A stretch of 64,000 bases of DNA from Candidatus Marinacidobacterales bacterium. GTDB taxonomy: Bacteria; Acidobacteriota; Vicinamibacteria; Marinacidobacterales; SMYC01. The stretch lies in the NCBI GenBank assembly GCA_965224085.1, contig CBDCYI010000004.1, positions 288,001-352,000 on the forward strand. Reading direction: 5' to 3'. Position numbers and translations under genes: made by a program. The stretch's first letter is position 1. Each line of letters opens with the position of its first letter. Below, one piece after another: positions 28,413 through 37,411 of the stretch. The notes under the pieces are model-generated. The model was not told the DNA's origin, did no database searches, and saw only the letters and a program-made list of their open reading frames with translations.

Positions 28413-29585
28413 ATGAATCGGAACTCGGCTACAGCGATAAAAGCCCCTCGGTCCGAAGGGGCTAAGCAAGTTACATCCATGGAGGCGCGGACGGTTTCCA
28501 TCCCCTTGCGCAAACCTCTAGCCTTCGCAACCCGGAGGGTAGATCAGCGCCAGTACACGCTGGCACGTGTCGGTACAGCGGATGGCCTCCAAGGATACGG
28601 CTTCTGCTACTCCGGTAACCGGGCCGGCAGTCTCGTGACCGCGTTTGTCCGAGAGTTCTTTCGGGACCACGTTTTGGGGGCGGACCCTGTGGCCTTCGAG
28701 ACGACCTGGGCCAATATGTACGGCGACGCGGTTCTCCTCGGACGCCGGGGCGCCGCGGTGCGGGCGATGAGCGCCATCGATATCGCGCTCTGGGATCTCA
28801 TCGGCAAGGCCACTGCCCAGCCGGTGCATCGCCTTCTCGGCGGACCCAAAGCGAGCCGCGTGCCTTGCTATGCCAGCGGTGGCTACTACTGGGAGGACTC
28901 GGACCCGGAGGAGTACGTCTACCAGGAGCTGAAGGGCTACGTGGAGGCCGGCTTCACGGCCGTCAAGATCAAGGTGGGCCGCTTGCCTCTCGAGCAAGAG
29001 CTCCGTCGGGTCCGCAAGGCGCGAGAGGCCATCGGCCCCGACACCATTCTGATGATGGACGCCAACAACGCCTGGCGCGATGCTGCCGCGGCGATCCCGG
29101 CGATCCGCGCCCTCGCCGAGGTCAACCCGTTCTGGGTCGAAGAGCCCCTCATGCCGGACGACATCCGCGGCCACGCCGCCATCCGGGAAAAGGTGAGCGT
29201 TCCCATTGCCACCGGCGAGATCGAGGCTACCCGTTGGGGCTTCGCTGAGCTGCTCGAACAGGGCTCGGCCGACATGCTTCAGCCGGATGCGACCGTACTG
29301 GGAGGCATCACCGAGTTTCGCAAGGTCGCCGGAATGGCGGCGGGGAGAAACGTTCCCCTTTATCCCCACTGGATGCATCACCTCCACGCGTCGATCGTGG
29401 CCTCTCTTCCCAGCGCGGTCATGGTGGAGTACTTTCCCGACCTCAGCGTGCTGAACCTCGGCGAGGTGCTCGTGGACCCCATCGAGGCGAAAGACGGCAC
29501 TCTGGCAGTGTCGCAAGAGCCCGGGACGGGTGTCGCCTTTGACGAGAGGGCGGTCGATCGGTTTGCGGTGGATTCGTGGAAGTGA
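28413..29585 (+). CDS. Mandelate racemase/muconate lactonizing enzyme family protein
   Basis: SAIDIALWDL, KIKVG, MDAN, EEP, TGE, QPDA. Confidence 0.92.
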   Translation: MNRNSATAIKAPRSEGAKQVTSMEARTVSIPLRKPLAFATRRVDQRQYTLARVGTADGLQGYGFCYSGNRAGSLVTAFVREFFRDHVLGADPVAFETTWANMYGDAVLLGRRGAAVRAMSAIDIALWDLIGKATAQPVHRLLGGPKASRVPCYASGGYYWEDSDPEEYVYQELKGYVEAGFTAVKIKVGRLPLEQELRRVRKAREAIGPDTILMMDANNAWRDAAAAIPAIRALAEVNPFWVEEPLMPDDIRGHAAIREKVSVPIATGEIEATRWGFAELLEQGSADMLQPDATVLGGITEFRKVAGMAAGRNVPLYPHWMHHLHASIVASLPSAVMVEYFPDLSVLNLGEVLVDPIEAKDGTLAVSQEPGTGVAFDERAVDRFAVDSWK

Positions 29586-29654
29586 GAGGCCGACGCCGTC
29601 TTTTTCCCCCAGAACGTTCCGCTTCCGTCAAGGGAGCGAAGGAGCGGTCAGATC

Positions 29655-31337
29655 ATGCGCGGTAGCGAATGTGTGGTCAGAATGTTGCAAGGCCTCGGCG
29701 TGGACGTGGTTTTCGGTCTGTGCGGAGACACCAGCCTGCCGCTCTACGAGGCTCTCTACGATCTCGATCACGGGATACGGCACGTGCTGACGCGAGATGA
29801 GCGCTCCGCCTCCTACATGGCGGATGCCTATTCACGCTTGAGCGGGAAGGTCGGCGTTTGCGAAGGCCCCAGCGGCGGGGGCGCGACCTATATCTTGCCG
29901 GGCGTGGCGGAGGCAAACGGCTCCTCGGTGCCCCTGGTGTGCCTCACCAGCGATATCAGTACCGGCGATGTCGGTCGGGCTGCGCTCACCGAGCTAGACC
30001 AAAGGGGCCTGTTCGCGCCGGTGACGAGGTTCACCGCCGTTGCTGGTCATGCGAGTGAGCTCCCACGAGCGCTGCGACGCGCCTTTCGCACCGCCACAAC
30101 TTCCGAGCTCGGGGCGGCGCACGTGGGACTCCCTTTCGACGTCCAGACGGGAGACGTCGATCCCGAGGACGTGTACATCGATTCGCGTTTCAACTCCTAT
30201 CCGGCGCACCGATCCGCTCCGGAGCCCAAGGTGATCAGGGAGGCTGCCGATCTTCTCGCCCGATCACGTCGTCCGCTGGTGGTTGCCGGTGCCGGCGTGC
30301 TGCGCTCCGCTGCCTGGGACGAGCTCACCTCACTGTCGCGGCTCCTGGGCGCACCGGTGGCGACTTCGGTAAGCGGGAAAGGAAGCATTGCAGAGACCGA
30401 TCCGCTGTCGCTGGGCGTGATTGGTAGCAATGGGGGGTTACCGTACCGACACGAGATCCTGCGGGAGTCCGACGTCATCCTCTACGTTGGCTGCCGCCAG
30501 GGATCCGTTACCACGGAGAAATGGACCCTTCCGGCAAACGGCGAGAAAACGCTCATTCAAATGGACGTCGAGCCGGATCGCATCGGCTCCAACTACGATA
30601 CCGCGGTTGGGATCGTCGCCGACGCCAAGCTGGGGCTCGCGGCACTGGGCCAGGAGCTGGACGAGCGTTTTTCCGGTCGTTCGGCGGAAAAAGTCGATAC
30701 GGAGGACATCGGAAAGCGGAGGGAGGCTTGCTTGTCTCGGATCGACGCTTTCTCCTCCGACGAAGAGCCCATCCGCCCCGAACGGTTTCTGTCCGAGCTG
30801 CTGCCGCTATTGCCAGACAACGCCGTGGTCTGTGCCGATCCCGGAACACCTTGCCCGTATTTCTCCGCCTACTACCGGCTGCCCAAGGCGGGACGTTGGT
30901 TCGTGACCCCGCGGGCCCACGGCGCCTTGGGGTACGCTCTGCCCGCGGTCTGCGGCGCCTATTTTGCGCGGCCCGATGCCGGGCGTATCGTCGGTGTCAT
31001 GGGAGACGGTAGCTTCGGCCTCTCGGTGGGCGAGCTGGAGACGCTGGCGCGGCTCGATCTCCCGGTAACCCTCATCGTTCTCAACAACGCGAATTACGGA
31101 TGGATCAAGGCCGGTCAGAAGGCTCACGGTGGAAAGTACTACAGCGTCGACTTCTCCGATTCCAACCACGCCCGCATCGCGAAAGCATACGGGATTCGGG
31201 GACGCAGGGTGGAAAGCCCCTCGGAGCTTCACGAAGCTTTGCGCGAGGCCCTAATCGGAGAGGGGCCCGCCCTCCTGGATGTTGTCGTCCAGCAACTCCA
31301 GGAAGCGCAGGCACCGGTGTCGAAGTGGGTGGCCTAG
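29655..31337 (+). CDS. ThDP-dependent acetolactate-synthase-like enzyme
   Basis: TRDERSASYMADAY; GDGSF...NN ThDP motif. Confidence 0.92.
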   Translation: MRGSECVVRMLQGLGVDVVFGLCGDTSLPLYEALYDLDHGIRHVLTRDERSASYMADAYSRLSGKVGVCEGPSGGGATYILPGVAEANGSSVPLVCLTSDISTGDVGRAALTELDQRGLFAPVTRFTAVAGHASELPRALRRAFRTATTSELGAAHVGLPFDVQTGDVDPEDVYIDSRFNSYPAHRSAPEPKVIREAADLLARSRRPLVVAGAGVLRSAAWDELTSLSRLLGAPVATSVSGKGSIAETDPLSLGVIGSNGGLPYRHEILRESDVILYVGCRQGSVTTEKWTLPANGEKTLIQMDVEPDRIGSNYDTAVGIVADAKLGLAALGQELDERFSGRSAEKVDTEDIGKRREACLSRIDAFSSDEEPIRPERFLSELLPLLPDNAVVCADPGTPCPYFSAYYRLPKAGRWFVTPRAHGALGYALPAVCGAYFARPDAGRIVGVMGDGSFGLSVGELETLARLDLPVTLIVLNNANYGWIKAGQKAHGGKYYSVDFSDSNHARIAKAYGIRGRRVESPSELHEALREALIGEGPALLDVVVQQLQEAQAPVSKWVA

Positions 31338-31356
31338 CCTAGCGATCGTCCTCCCT

Positions 31357-33096
31357 TCAGTTTTGACCCGAGGCTGCTCCCGCCGGGATGGGTCGGTTCT
31401 CCCACAAATGTTTGACGTCGTCATCGATGCCGGCCATCTCCCACCGAGCGAGAGCGATGGGTATCTGGCCGGTGGCGAGAAGCTCGTCGTGAAACTCTCG
31501 CAGACTGAAATCATCGCCCCGCTGGCGCATTCGGTCGCGGAGGAGCTTGTAGACCTCAAACTTGAAGACTTGATAGTTCAAAACCGACACCGGACGAACG
31601 AACTTCCTCCAAACTTCGTGCTTCTCTGCCACGTGGGGCTCCATCCAAGGGACGGTCTCCATCATGTGCTTCCCTACCTCTTCGGTGGTCATCGAGCCGT
31701 CGGCCATCTTGACCGCGATGTGCACCCGCTCGGCGCGCATGATGGCCAAGCCATACATCCACTCCCGCACCCGGGGGCCTCTAACGAACGGGTAGTCGAG
31801 CTGTAGCTGTGCCTCCTCCATGTAGTAGGTCCACGCGTCTCCGCGCGTGCGGTGGCCCCGCCTCAGGTCGCAGGTCGTTCTTCGGCTGACGGCGCCCTCG
31901 AAAGTGTGACCCGGATAGTCCGAGTGCGCGTGGTTGGTGCCCGGGTCCAGACGATGGCCGATTTCCCAGTAGATCTGAGAGAACCCGTGATCGGGACCAA
32001 CCAGATACTCCGTCTTGCTCCCCCGCGGTTTCCGCTCGGTGGGAAAGGCCATCATGCCGAAGGGCTCGACCCAGATACCCCCCTCCTCACTCCGCATGGA
32101 CCCCAGGTAGTCGGGCCGGGTGAAAAGATCATGCTCCTCCGCCCAGAGGCGGCTCAGAACGTCGGTGGCGTCCTTCCATTCGCTGTACTCGGCATTGGTC
32201 CTCGCCGGTCGCGCCGGCGGTGTGTCGATGCCTCCATAACGAGGCAGCTGGCGGTTCTTCTGTCGCTCGAACTGTAGAAAGGCCCAGTTCCTCAGACGCT
32301 CCATCTCCGCCTGCATCAGCAGCTGTTCACTGTCGTATGGGAGGACGTACACGTTTTGTACGTACCATTCGAAAGCGGGGCGACCGATGGCGTAAGGTGC
32401 GCTCATCTTGTCGCGATTGGACCGGATCCACTGCTGGTACTCCTCGAGCGCCTGACCCGCCTTCTCCGCCGCGGGACCGACTTGCGAGCGGTGGGGCTCC
32501 GGCACGTGGGGGCCAACGATACGGGCGAACTCGGCGTAGTTCTGACGGACGTCGGCAAGCTTCTCGACGGCCATGTCCGCCATCTCCGGGACTCCCTCCG
32601 TCAGTGCTTTCGACGCCTGCTCGATGATGGCGGGGGTCGCCTCGAGCGCTCCGATGATGCCGACCGCCGTCTCGGCATCGTACGGGACGGTGACCCCCGG
32701 CCCCATCTGATAGCGACCACCGATGTGCCGGGTGACACGGTTCACCGCTTCCATGGTGTAGAAATCGGGGTTGCGTGACACCTGACGGACGAGCTCGAGG
32801 TCGAACTCGAGCGCGTTCATCTCCAGCTGGAGAAGCAGATAATCGACCTGCACGTGCACCGACCAGCCGCGCGGGCTGAGGGCCTTCAGTCGCTTCTTGA
32901 AATCCTTCAAACCACGGCGCTGCTCCTGGACTCGCTCGACGTAATCGGGCACTTCCCCTGAGCGCGCCCCCTTCCAAGAACGGAATTCCTTGGCGAGCGA
33001 TACCAGCTCGGGTGGATGTTCCTGCTCAGACGGCGATTGCGCAACTGCCGATGTCGCAAGCAGCAAGAGCGCACAGACACTTGCTGAGATCTTCAT
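31357..33096 (-). CDS. Secreted DUF885-family protein (second paralog)
   Basis: Clear homology to 18535..20328 (EHP.EL..LA..F..W, VDYLLL, VRGPR.RE, REFHD). Motif reads HSDYPGH. Confidence 0.82.
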   Translation of the reverse strand: MKISASVCALLLLATSAVAQSPSEQEHPPELVSLAKEFRSWKGARSGEVPDYVERVQEQRRGLKDFKKRLKALSPRGWSVHVQVDYLLLQLEMNALEFDLELVRQVSRNPDFYTMEAVNRVTRHIGGRYQMGPGVTVPYDAETAVGIIGALEATPAIIEQASKALTEGVPEMADMAVEKLADVRQNYAEFARIVGPHVPEPHRSQVGPAAEKAGQALEEYQQWIRSNRDKMSAPYAIGRPAFEWYVQNVYVLPYDSEQLLMQAEMERLRNWAFLQFERQKNRQLPRYGGIDTPPARPARTNAEYSEWKDATDVLSRLWAEEHDLFTRPDYLGSMRSEEGGIWVEPFGMMAFPTERKPRGSKTEYLVGPDHGFSQIYWEIGHRLDPGTNHAHSDYPGHTFEGAVSRRTTCDLRRGHRTRGDAWTYYMEEAQLQLDYPFVRGPRVREWMYGLAIMRAERVHIAVKMADGSMTTEEVGKHMMETVPWMEPHVAEKHEVWRKFVRPVSVLNYQVFKFEVYKLLRDRMRQRGDDFSLREFHDELLATGQIPIALARWEMAGIDDDVKHLWENRPIPAGAASGQN

Positions 33097-33199
33097 GCGG
33101 TGCCTCCTTTTAGGGATCTAACCCTTTTTGTCCCACCACGCACGGGGTTCTCTCCCGACAAGTCTAATGCCTGACAGATGACTCGGTCCAATTAATTGT

Positions 33200-33320
33200 T
33201 GCGCCACCCCGCCAAAGCTCGGCAGATGGCTGTTCTTCTGTCGCTCGAACTGAAGGAACGCCCAATTCCGATTCCTCTCCATCTCCCCGTGCATGAGCAA
33301 ATCATCGCTATCGAGCTGAC
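33200..33320 (-). pseudogene. Internal relic of a further DUF885 paralog
   Basis: DSDDLLMHGEMERNRNWAFLQFERQKNSHLP matches DSEQLLMQAEMERLRNWAFLQFERQKNRQLP of the adjacent gene. Confidence 0.8.
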
Positions 33321-33730
33321 CACGCAGCAGCTCATGCCTGGAAGCCAGCCGTGGCTCGCCTAGACCGGGACTCCCTTTGCTTGGGGAATTATAAGTAAAC
33401 CTTGACAAGGCCTGCCCATTAGAATACCCTTCCCACCGTCACACGAACGCGTGCGGCTCAACTATCGGGTCACTCGCTGAATACAATACCCTCCCCATAG
33501 GGAAATAGGCGAGATCCTGCATGCTACCGCATACGTTTCGAGAATGCTCATGCGGAGATCAGCATTGTTTCTACTTATAGGTGTATTGGCTGGCTGTGGC
33601 GATGAGGGCGATAGTACACCAACGTCCCCAGCGCCGGCACCAACCACAACTCGTCAACCAACGCCAAGGCCAGCGCCAGCACCCAGACGCCCAGCCGATA
33701 TCAGCTTGGCCGGTGAATACGAATGCACTA

Positions 33731-34356
33731 CTAACCGACCACGCCCATAGGGCGTGGGTTTAGGAAGGCCCCCCCGAGGGGGCCGATGACGTTGGGAAGG
33801 CCCCGTTGGGGCCGTCTCTCGTTAACTCAGGTCGAGATCACCTTGGCGAGACTCAAGCTTTTCTTGCTCCCGGATGTACTTTCTTATTCGCTCCTCGTAA
33901 AGGCCAACCGTACTCACACAGTACCCCTTCGCCCAAAAATGCAAGCCCGTCATACGACGTTCTTTCAGCAATTCTCGGTGGATGCGTACCGCACTCTTCC
34001 CTTTCAGAAAACCGATCGTGTGAGATACGCTGTACTTGGGAGGGATGCTCATACACAGGTGGATGTGGTCCGGTTGCGCGTTGCCTTCTATCAGTTCTAC
34101 TCCTCTCTGCTCACAAAGCTCTCGAAGAATTCGCCCCACGCGACGCCGAAGGTCCCCATATAACACCCTTCTACGATACTTGGGGATGATCACCACGTGG
34201 TACTTGCATTCCCATCGCACTTGCGACAGGCTTTTCCATTCGTGCATGCAGGTTCTCCTTTCGGAGGCCCCACAGGGTCTTCCCGGAGGGGGAACCTAGC
34301 ACACGCCGGATCGCTCGAAGCTCTTCGGGTCACGCCGCCAGAGGCGGCGCGTTTAT
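33731..34356 (-). mobile_element. IS200/IS605-family element, tnpA only
   Basis: Subterminal hairpins CCACGCCC-ATA-GGGCGTGG and CGCCGCC-AGA-GGCGGCG flank tnpA. Ends are approximate. Confidence 0.85.
33822..34247 (-). CDS. tnpA: Y1 HUH transposase
   Basis: YHVVIIPKYR, DHIHL, LKGKS, FWAKGY.VSTVG, YIREQ. Confidence 0.95.
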   Translation of the reverse strand: MHEWKSLSQVRWECKYHVVIIPKYRRRVLYGDLRRRVGRILRELCEQRGVELIEGNAQPDHIHLCMSIPPKYSVSHTIGFLKGKSAVRIHRELLKERRMTGLHFWAKGYCVSTVGLYEERIRKYIREQEKLESRQGDLDLS

Positions 34357-34670
34357 TAGCGGACTAAATTCTGCGACTCTGCCGTGTTCAGTCTTTCGTT
34401 GACGAACACGGGGGGCGTGGGAGCCAATTTGAACTTCATCCGAGGCGAGAATCGAAACTTCGAGCCAATATGGGAGTATGGCGCGGATCATTTTGTCAAT
34501 GCGTTCGGTAACAACAGGCTGGAGGCTTGGCAGCACTAAAAGCTTCACATTCAGCGCACAGCTGGGCTTCTACATCGCTATCGGATATACAGACGACCTC
34601 AGAAACAGAGGGATTGTGAGGTTCTACACCAATCCGCCGAGGTAGTGATAGAGTAGAGCCTGAAAAACAG

Positions 34671-34700
34671 AAGCCCCGGGGAATTACCCCCGGGGCTTTT
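34671..34700 (+). terminator. Intrinsic terminator hairpin
   Basis: AAGCCCCGGGG...CCCCGGGGCTTTT just after the lipoprotein stop. Confidence 0.65.
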
Positions 34701-34742
34701 AAATCATCACCGCGTGACAGCGCGGAGACAGGGAGAACTTCT

Positions 34743-35096
34743 GTGCTGGATTATAATGCAGACGGTCTATCGGATCAAGACATTGAAAGGCTTGCGGCTC
34801 TGATGGCAAAAGACCCTAAGTTCGCGCATGAACTGGCAGACGCAATCGCGACGAGGCTCGACGAGAAGTACGGGTTCAGGCAAGGAGAGATAATCGACGA
34901 CATCGAAAAAGTGTCGGGTAAAATCGACGGGCTGTCGTCAAAGCTCGACGCGATGGGTCACCGGTTCAGCACCCTTGAGCACAATTTTGGAGTATTCGGT
35001 CAGAAGCTAGACCTCATTGGCCGTAGGACCGAGAAGATGGATAAGCGGCTCGAACGCGTAGAGGACCGGGTCGGTAACATCAAGGTGAAGCTATGA
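34743..35096 (+). CDS. Coiled-coil hypothetical passenger protein
   Basis: Heptad pattern (KIDGLSSKLDAM..MDKRLERVEDRV); RBS AGGGAG. Confidence 0.6.
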   Translation: MLDYNADGLSDQDIERLAALMAKDPKFAHELADAIATRLDEKYGFRQGEIIDDIEKVSGKIDGLSSKLDAMGHRFSTLEHNFGVFGQKLDLIGRRTEKMDKRLERVEDRVGNIKVKL

Positions 35097-35284
35097 GACC
35101 ACCGATGATCATCCCCGAGCGCGACCTGGCCGGCGCCACGCCGGAGAGATTGGCCCGCGCGTTGCTGAGTCCCTTACGACCTCGCCATCGAACTGAGCCC
35201 GTTCTTGGCGACGAGGTCACGGTAGAGAAGTCGGTGTCCGACAAGCCGAGCGACGGTGTCGAGCATTTGGTCGAGAGTTCCTAG
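35093..35284 (+). CDS. Small hypothetical protein overlapping the transposase 3' end antisense
   Basis: ATGA-coupled to the upstream ORF; GATPERLARALL helix. Confidence 0.4.
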   Translation: MRPPMIIPERDLAGATPERLARALLSPLRPRHRTEPVLGDEVTVEKSVSDKPSDGVEHLVESS

Positions 35285-35841
35285 GTCGCGGATGTTGTGC
35301 TTCTCAGCGAACTCATTAACGTAGCGTTGTAAGTGCTTGGGGCTCATCTTGTGGAACGCCCCCTTGTGCGCCCGCTTGAGCATCGACCAGAAGCTCTCAA
35401 TCCCGTTGGTGTGCACCATTCCGTTGACGTACTCTTTGACGCTGTGCTTCACCGTCTCGTGATTGGGTAGACCGACATAGCCTCTGTGATCGTCGGTGTA
35501 GAGCTTCGCGCTAGGATCGACATTCTTCGCGACGAAGCCTTGGAGCGTCGGTTGGTCGGTGTTGCCGATGACCTCGGCGCTGACACGGTTCGTCCGGCGG
35601 TCCTTCGCGCCGATGACGGCCGTCTTCCCTGCGGATCCTCGGCCCTTAATAGCCTGCTCGCGCTTGTGGGCGTGCTGCATGTTGCGAGCCTTCCCGCCGA
35701 AGAAGGTTTCGTCTACCTCGACAGGCCCGGCGAACGATTTGCCGTTAGGACCGCTCCACGCTTCTCGAATCCCGATGGAGCATGAACCAAGCCGCGGCCT
35801 GTGAGACGCCGATGTCTCGGTGGAGCTTCATGCTCGAGACG
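35174..35841 (-). pseudogene. IS1595-family DDE transposase, 5'-truncated and frameshifted
   Basis: VSSMKLHRDIGVSQAAAWFMLHR, +1 frameshift near 35771, then IREA..VEVDETFFGG..YTDD..HTNGIESFWSMLKR..HLQRYVNEF. Confidence 0.9.
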
Positions 35842-36038
35842 CGGGTTCGGCGATTTGGCGTGGCCCCACATGACGATCCGCGTGCCCTATCAAGGCCTCC
35901 GCCGCTTTTTCGAAAACGTCGCCACGCACCAGGCGCCCATTAATACTTTCGGCGGCGGTTATGGTTTCCTTCTTGCTTCCAACGCAGTCGAGTTCCACCG
36001 CACCGCCGCAGAAGTCGTCACGGCGCGGGCGGCCGGGC

Positions 36039-36410
36039 TCACAGGCGACCTACGCGCCCTCGTTCCCGAGCACTTCCCCTATTGCTTCGCGATGCCCCGC
36101 TACGTTCGGGATGCGCTCGACGAAGAGTTGGCTCCGCCGAGCGAGGGCAGAGCCCCGTCGCGAGGTCGACCGCGCGCACGGAGCGAGCCGCAAGCCGCGG
36201 CATAGCTAGAAACATCCCGAACCAAAACGCCATCGAAACGGCTGCGATCGCCATGAACATGGCTTTGGAGGACCAACCACCGGCCGCTCCATCCCCACCG
36301 AAGTTCGTGGCCATAGGATCTGGCAGTCGTGGGTAGACGTCGATGCATTCGAGCGCGCTCATTAGGACGATCCCGAAAGCGACGCCCATTTGCCTGTAGT
36401 TGGGCTTCAT
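36039..36410 (-). pseudogene. DUF1648-domain membrane protein, probably truncated
   Basis: YPRLPDPMATNFGGDGAAGGW motif. ATGA overlap with the ATP-grasp stop. Sequence after about residue 72 looks non-homologous. Confidence 0.6.
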
Positions 36411-37411
36411 CGGCCCTTCTCGAATGCCGTCTCCACGATCTGAGAGATGAGCTCCTCGTAAGAGAGCCCACCTTTCTCTGCGGATTCCGCAAAGTCCTCG
36501 CCGTAGGCGAGTTGAGGGTTGGGGTTCGCCTCGAGAAAGTAGACGGCGCCGTCGTCACGCAAGCGGAAATCAATCCGGCCGTACCCGCTCAGTTCTAGTA
36601 GGCGATAGATCATCCCCGCGAGATCGCTAATCTCCTTCGCCTTTGCCTCTGGCAGTTTTGCCTTGGCCGTCCGCACTCCGAGGCGCTTTTGATACTTATC
36701 GCTCCACTTGACCCGCTCAGTCGCGATCAATCGCGTAGACGGCGGCCGTTTTTTGAAGGCAAGCTCCCAGACAGGAAAGCTTCTCAGACGCTTGCCCCCG
36801 AGAATGCCGACATAGAGTTCCCGTCCTTCGATGTAGTGCTCGGCAATGGCGTCGGTCCCAATTTCTTTATGTATGTATCGCACGCGATCGCGAAGTTTGG
36901 CCTCCGTTTTCACCACTGACGCTTGTGAGATACCCACAGAGCCGTCGAAGATCAACGATTTTACGATCGCGGGAAAGGGCACGCGCTCCGCCGCGGACAC
37001 CTTCTCCCCTCGCCGGAACACTGCAAAGCTCGGCACGGCAATTCCCTCATAGGCGAGGATCTTCTTGGAAATCGCTTTGTCGCGCGCGAGCAAGAGTCCG
37101 CGCGCGTTGCATCCCGTATAGGGGATGCCCAATAGCTCGAGATGCGAAACCAGGTGTTGGTCGTTGACGGCCACGCCGTGAAAATCTTCGAGCAAGTTGA
37201 AGAGCACCTGAGGCCGGAAGCGATCGATGCCGGCTGCGAGCACACGGAGATTTGCGTGCAGCCCGACGACCTCGACCTCGTATCCCGACCGCTCGAGCGT
37301 CTCGATGACGTCATATTCCATCTTCCACTCGACATTCGTGTCGTATTGGCCCGGATCCTTCGGCGGCATCAGTTCATGGTGCACGAGCGCGAGAACACGC
37401 AGCTTCCTCAT
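36407..37411 (-). CDS. D-Ala-D-Ala-ligase-like ATP-grasp enzyme
   Basis: LELLGIPYTG, DKAISK, FPAIVK, EHYIEGRE, YGRIDFR, LEANPNP. Lacks the Ddl GGxSxE N-terminal motif. Confidence 0.88.
   Translation of the reverse strand: MRKLRVLALVHHELMPPKDPGQYDTNVEWKMEYDVIETLERSGYEVEVVGLHANLRVLAAGIDRFRPQVLFNLLEDFHGVAVNDQHLVSHLELLGIPYTGCNARGLLLARDKAISKKILAYEGIAVPSFAVFRRGEKVSAAERVPFPAIVKSLIFDGSVGISQASVVKTEAKLRDRVRYIHKEIGTDAIAEHYIEGRELYVGILGGKRLRSFPVWELAFKKRPPSTRLIATERVKWSDKYQKRLGVRTAKAKLPEAKAKEISDLAGMIYRLLELSGYGRIDFRLRDDGAVYFLEANPNPQLAYGEDFAESAEKGGLSYEELISQIVETAFEKGR

Larger units (their letters stand above)
33550..34645 (+). pseudogene. Passenger lipoprotein interrupted by IS200 and frameshifted
   Basis: Lipobox LAGC and a Pro/Thr linker. 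After the IS, coding-like frames resume (AVFSLSLTNTGGVGANLNFI... then GSTKSFTF...PPR*). Confidence 0.55.
33384..35841 (-). mobile_element. Decayed IS1595-family (ISNwi1-like) element with passenger genes; left end missing
   Basis: Transposase relic at 35174..35841; GGGAATTAT end at 33384, duplicated at 3669; lower-GC passenger ORFs in between. Confidence 0.72.

Noticed and set aside
33822-34247. IS200 as a TnpB/IscB RNA-guided system
   Set aside because: No nuclease ORF within the element.
35850-36205. Plus-strand ORF 35801..36205 as an intact gene
   Set aside because: Its start lies inside the IS1595 relic; at best it is an unidentifiable 3' gene fragment.
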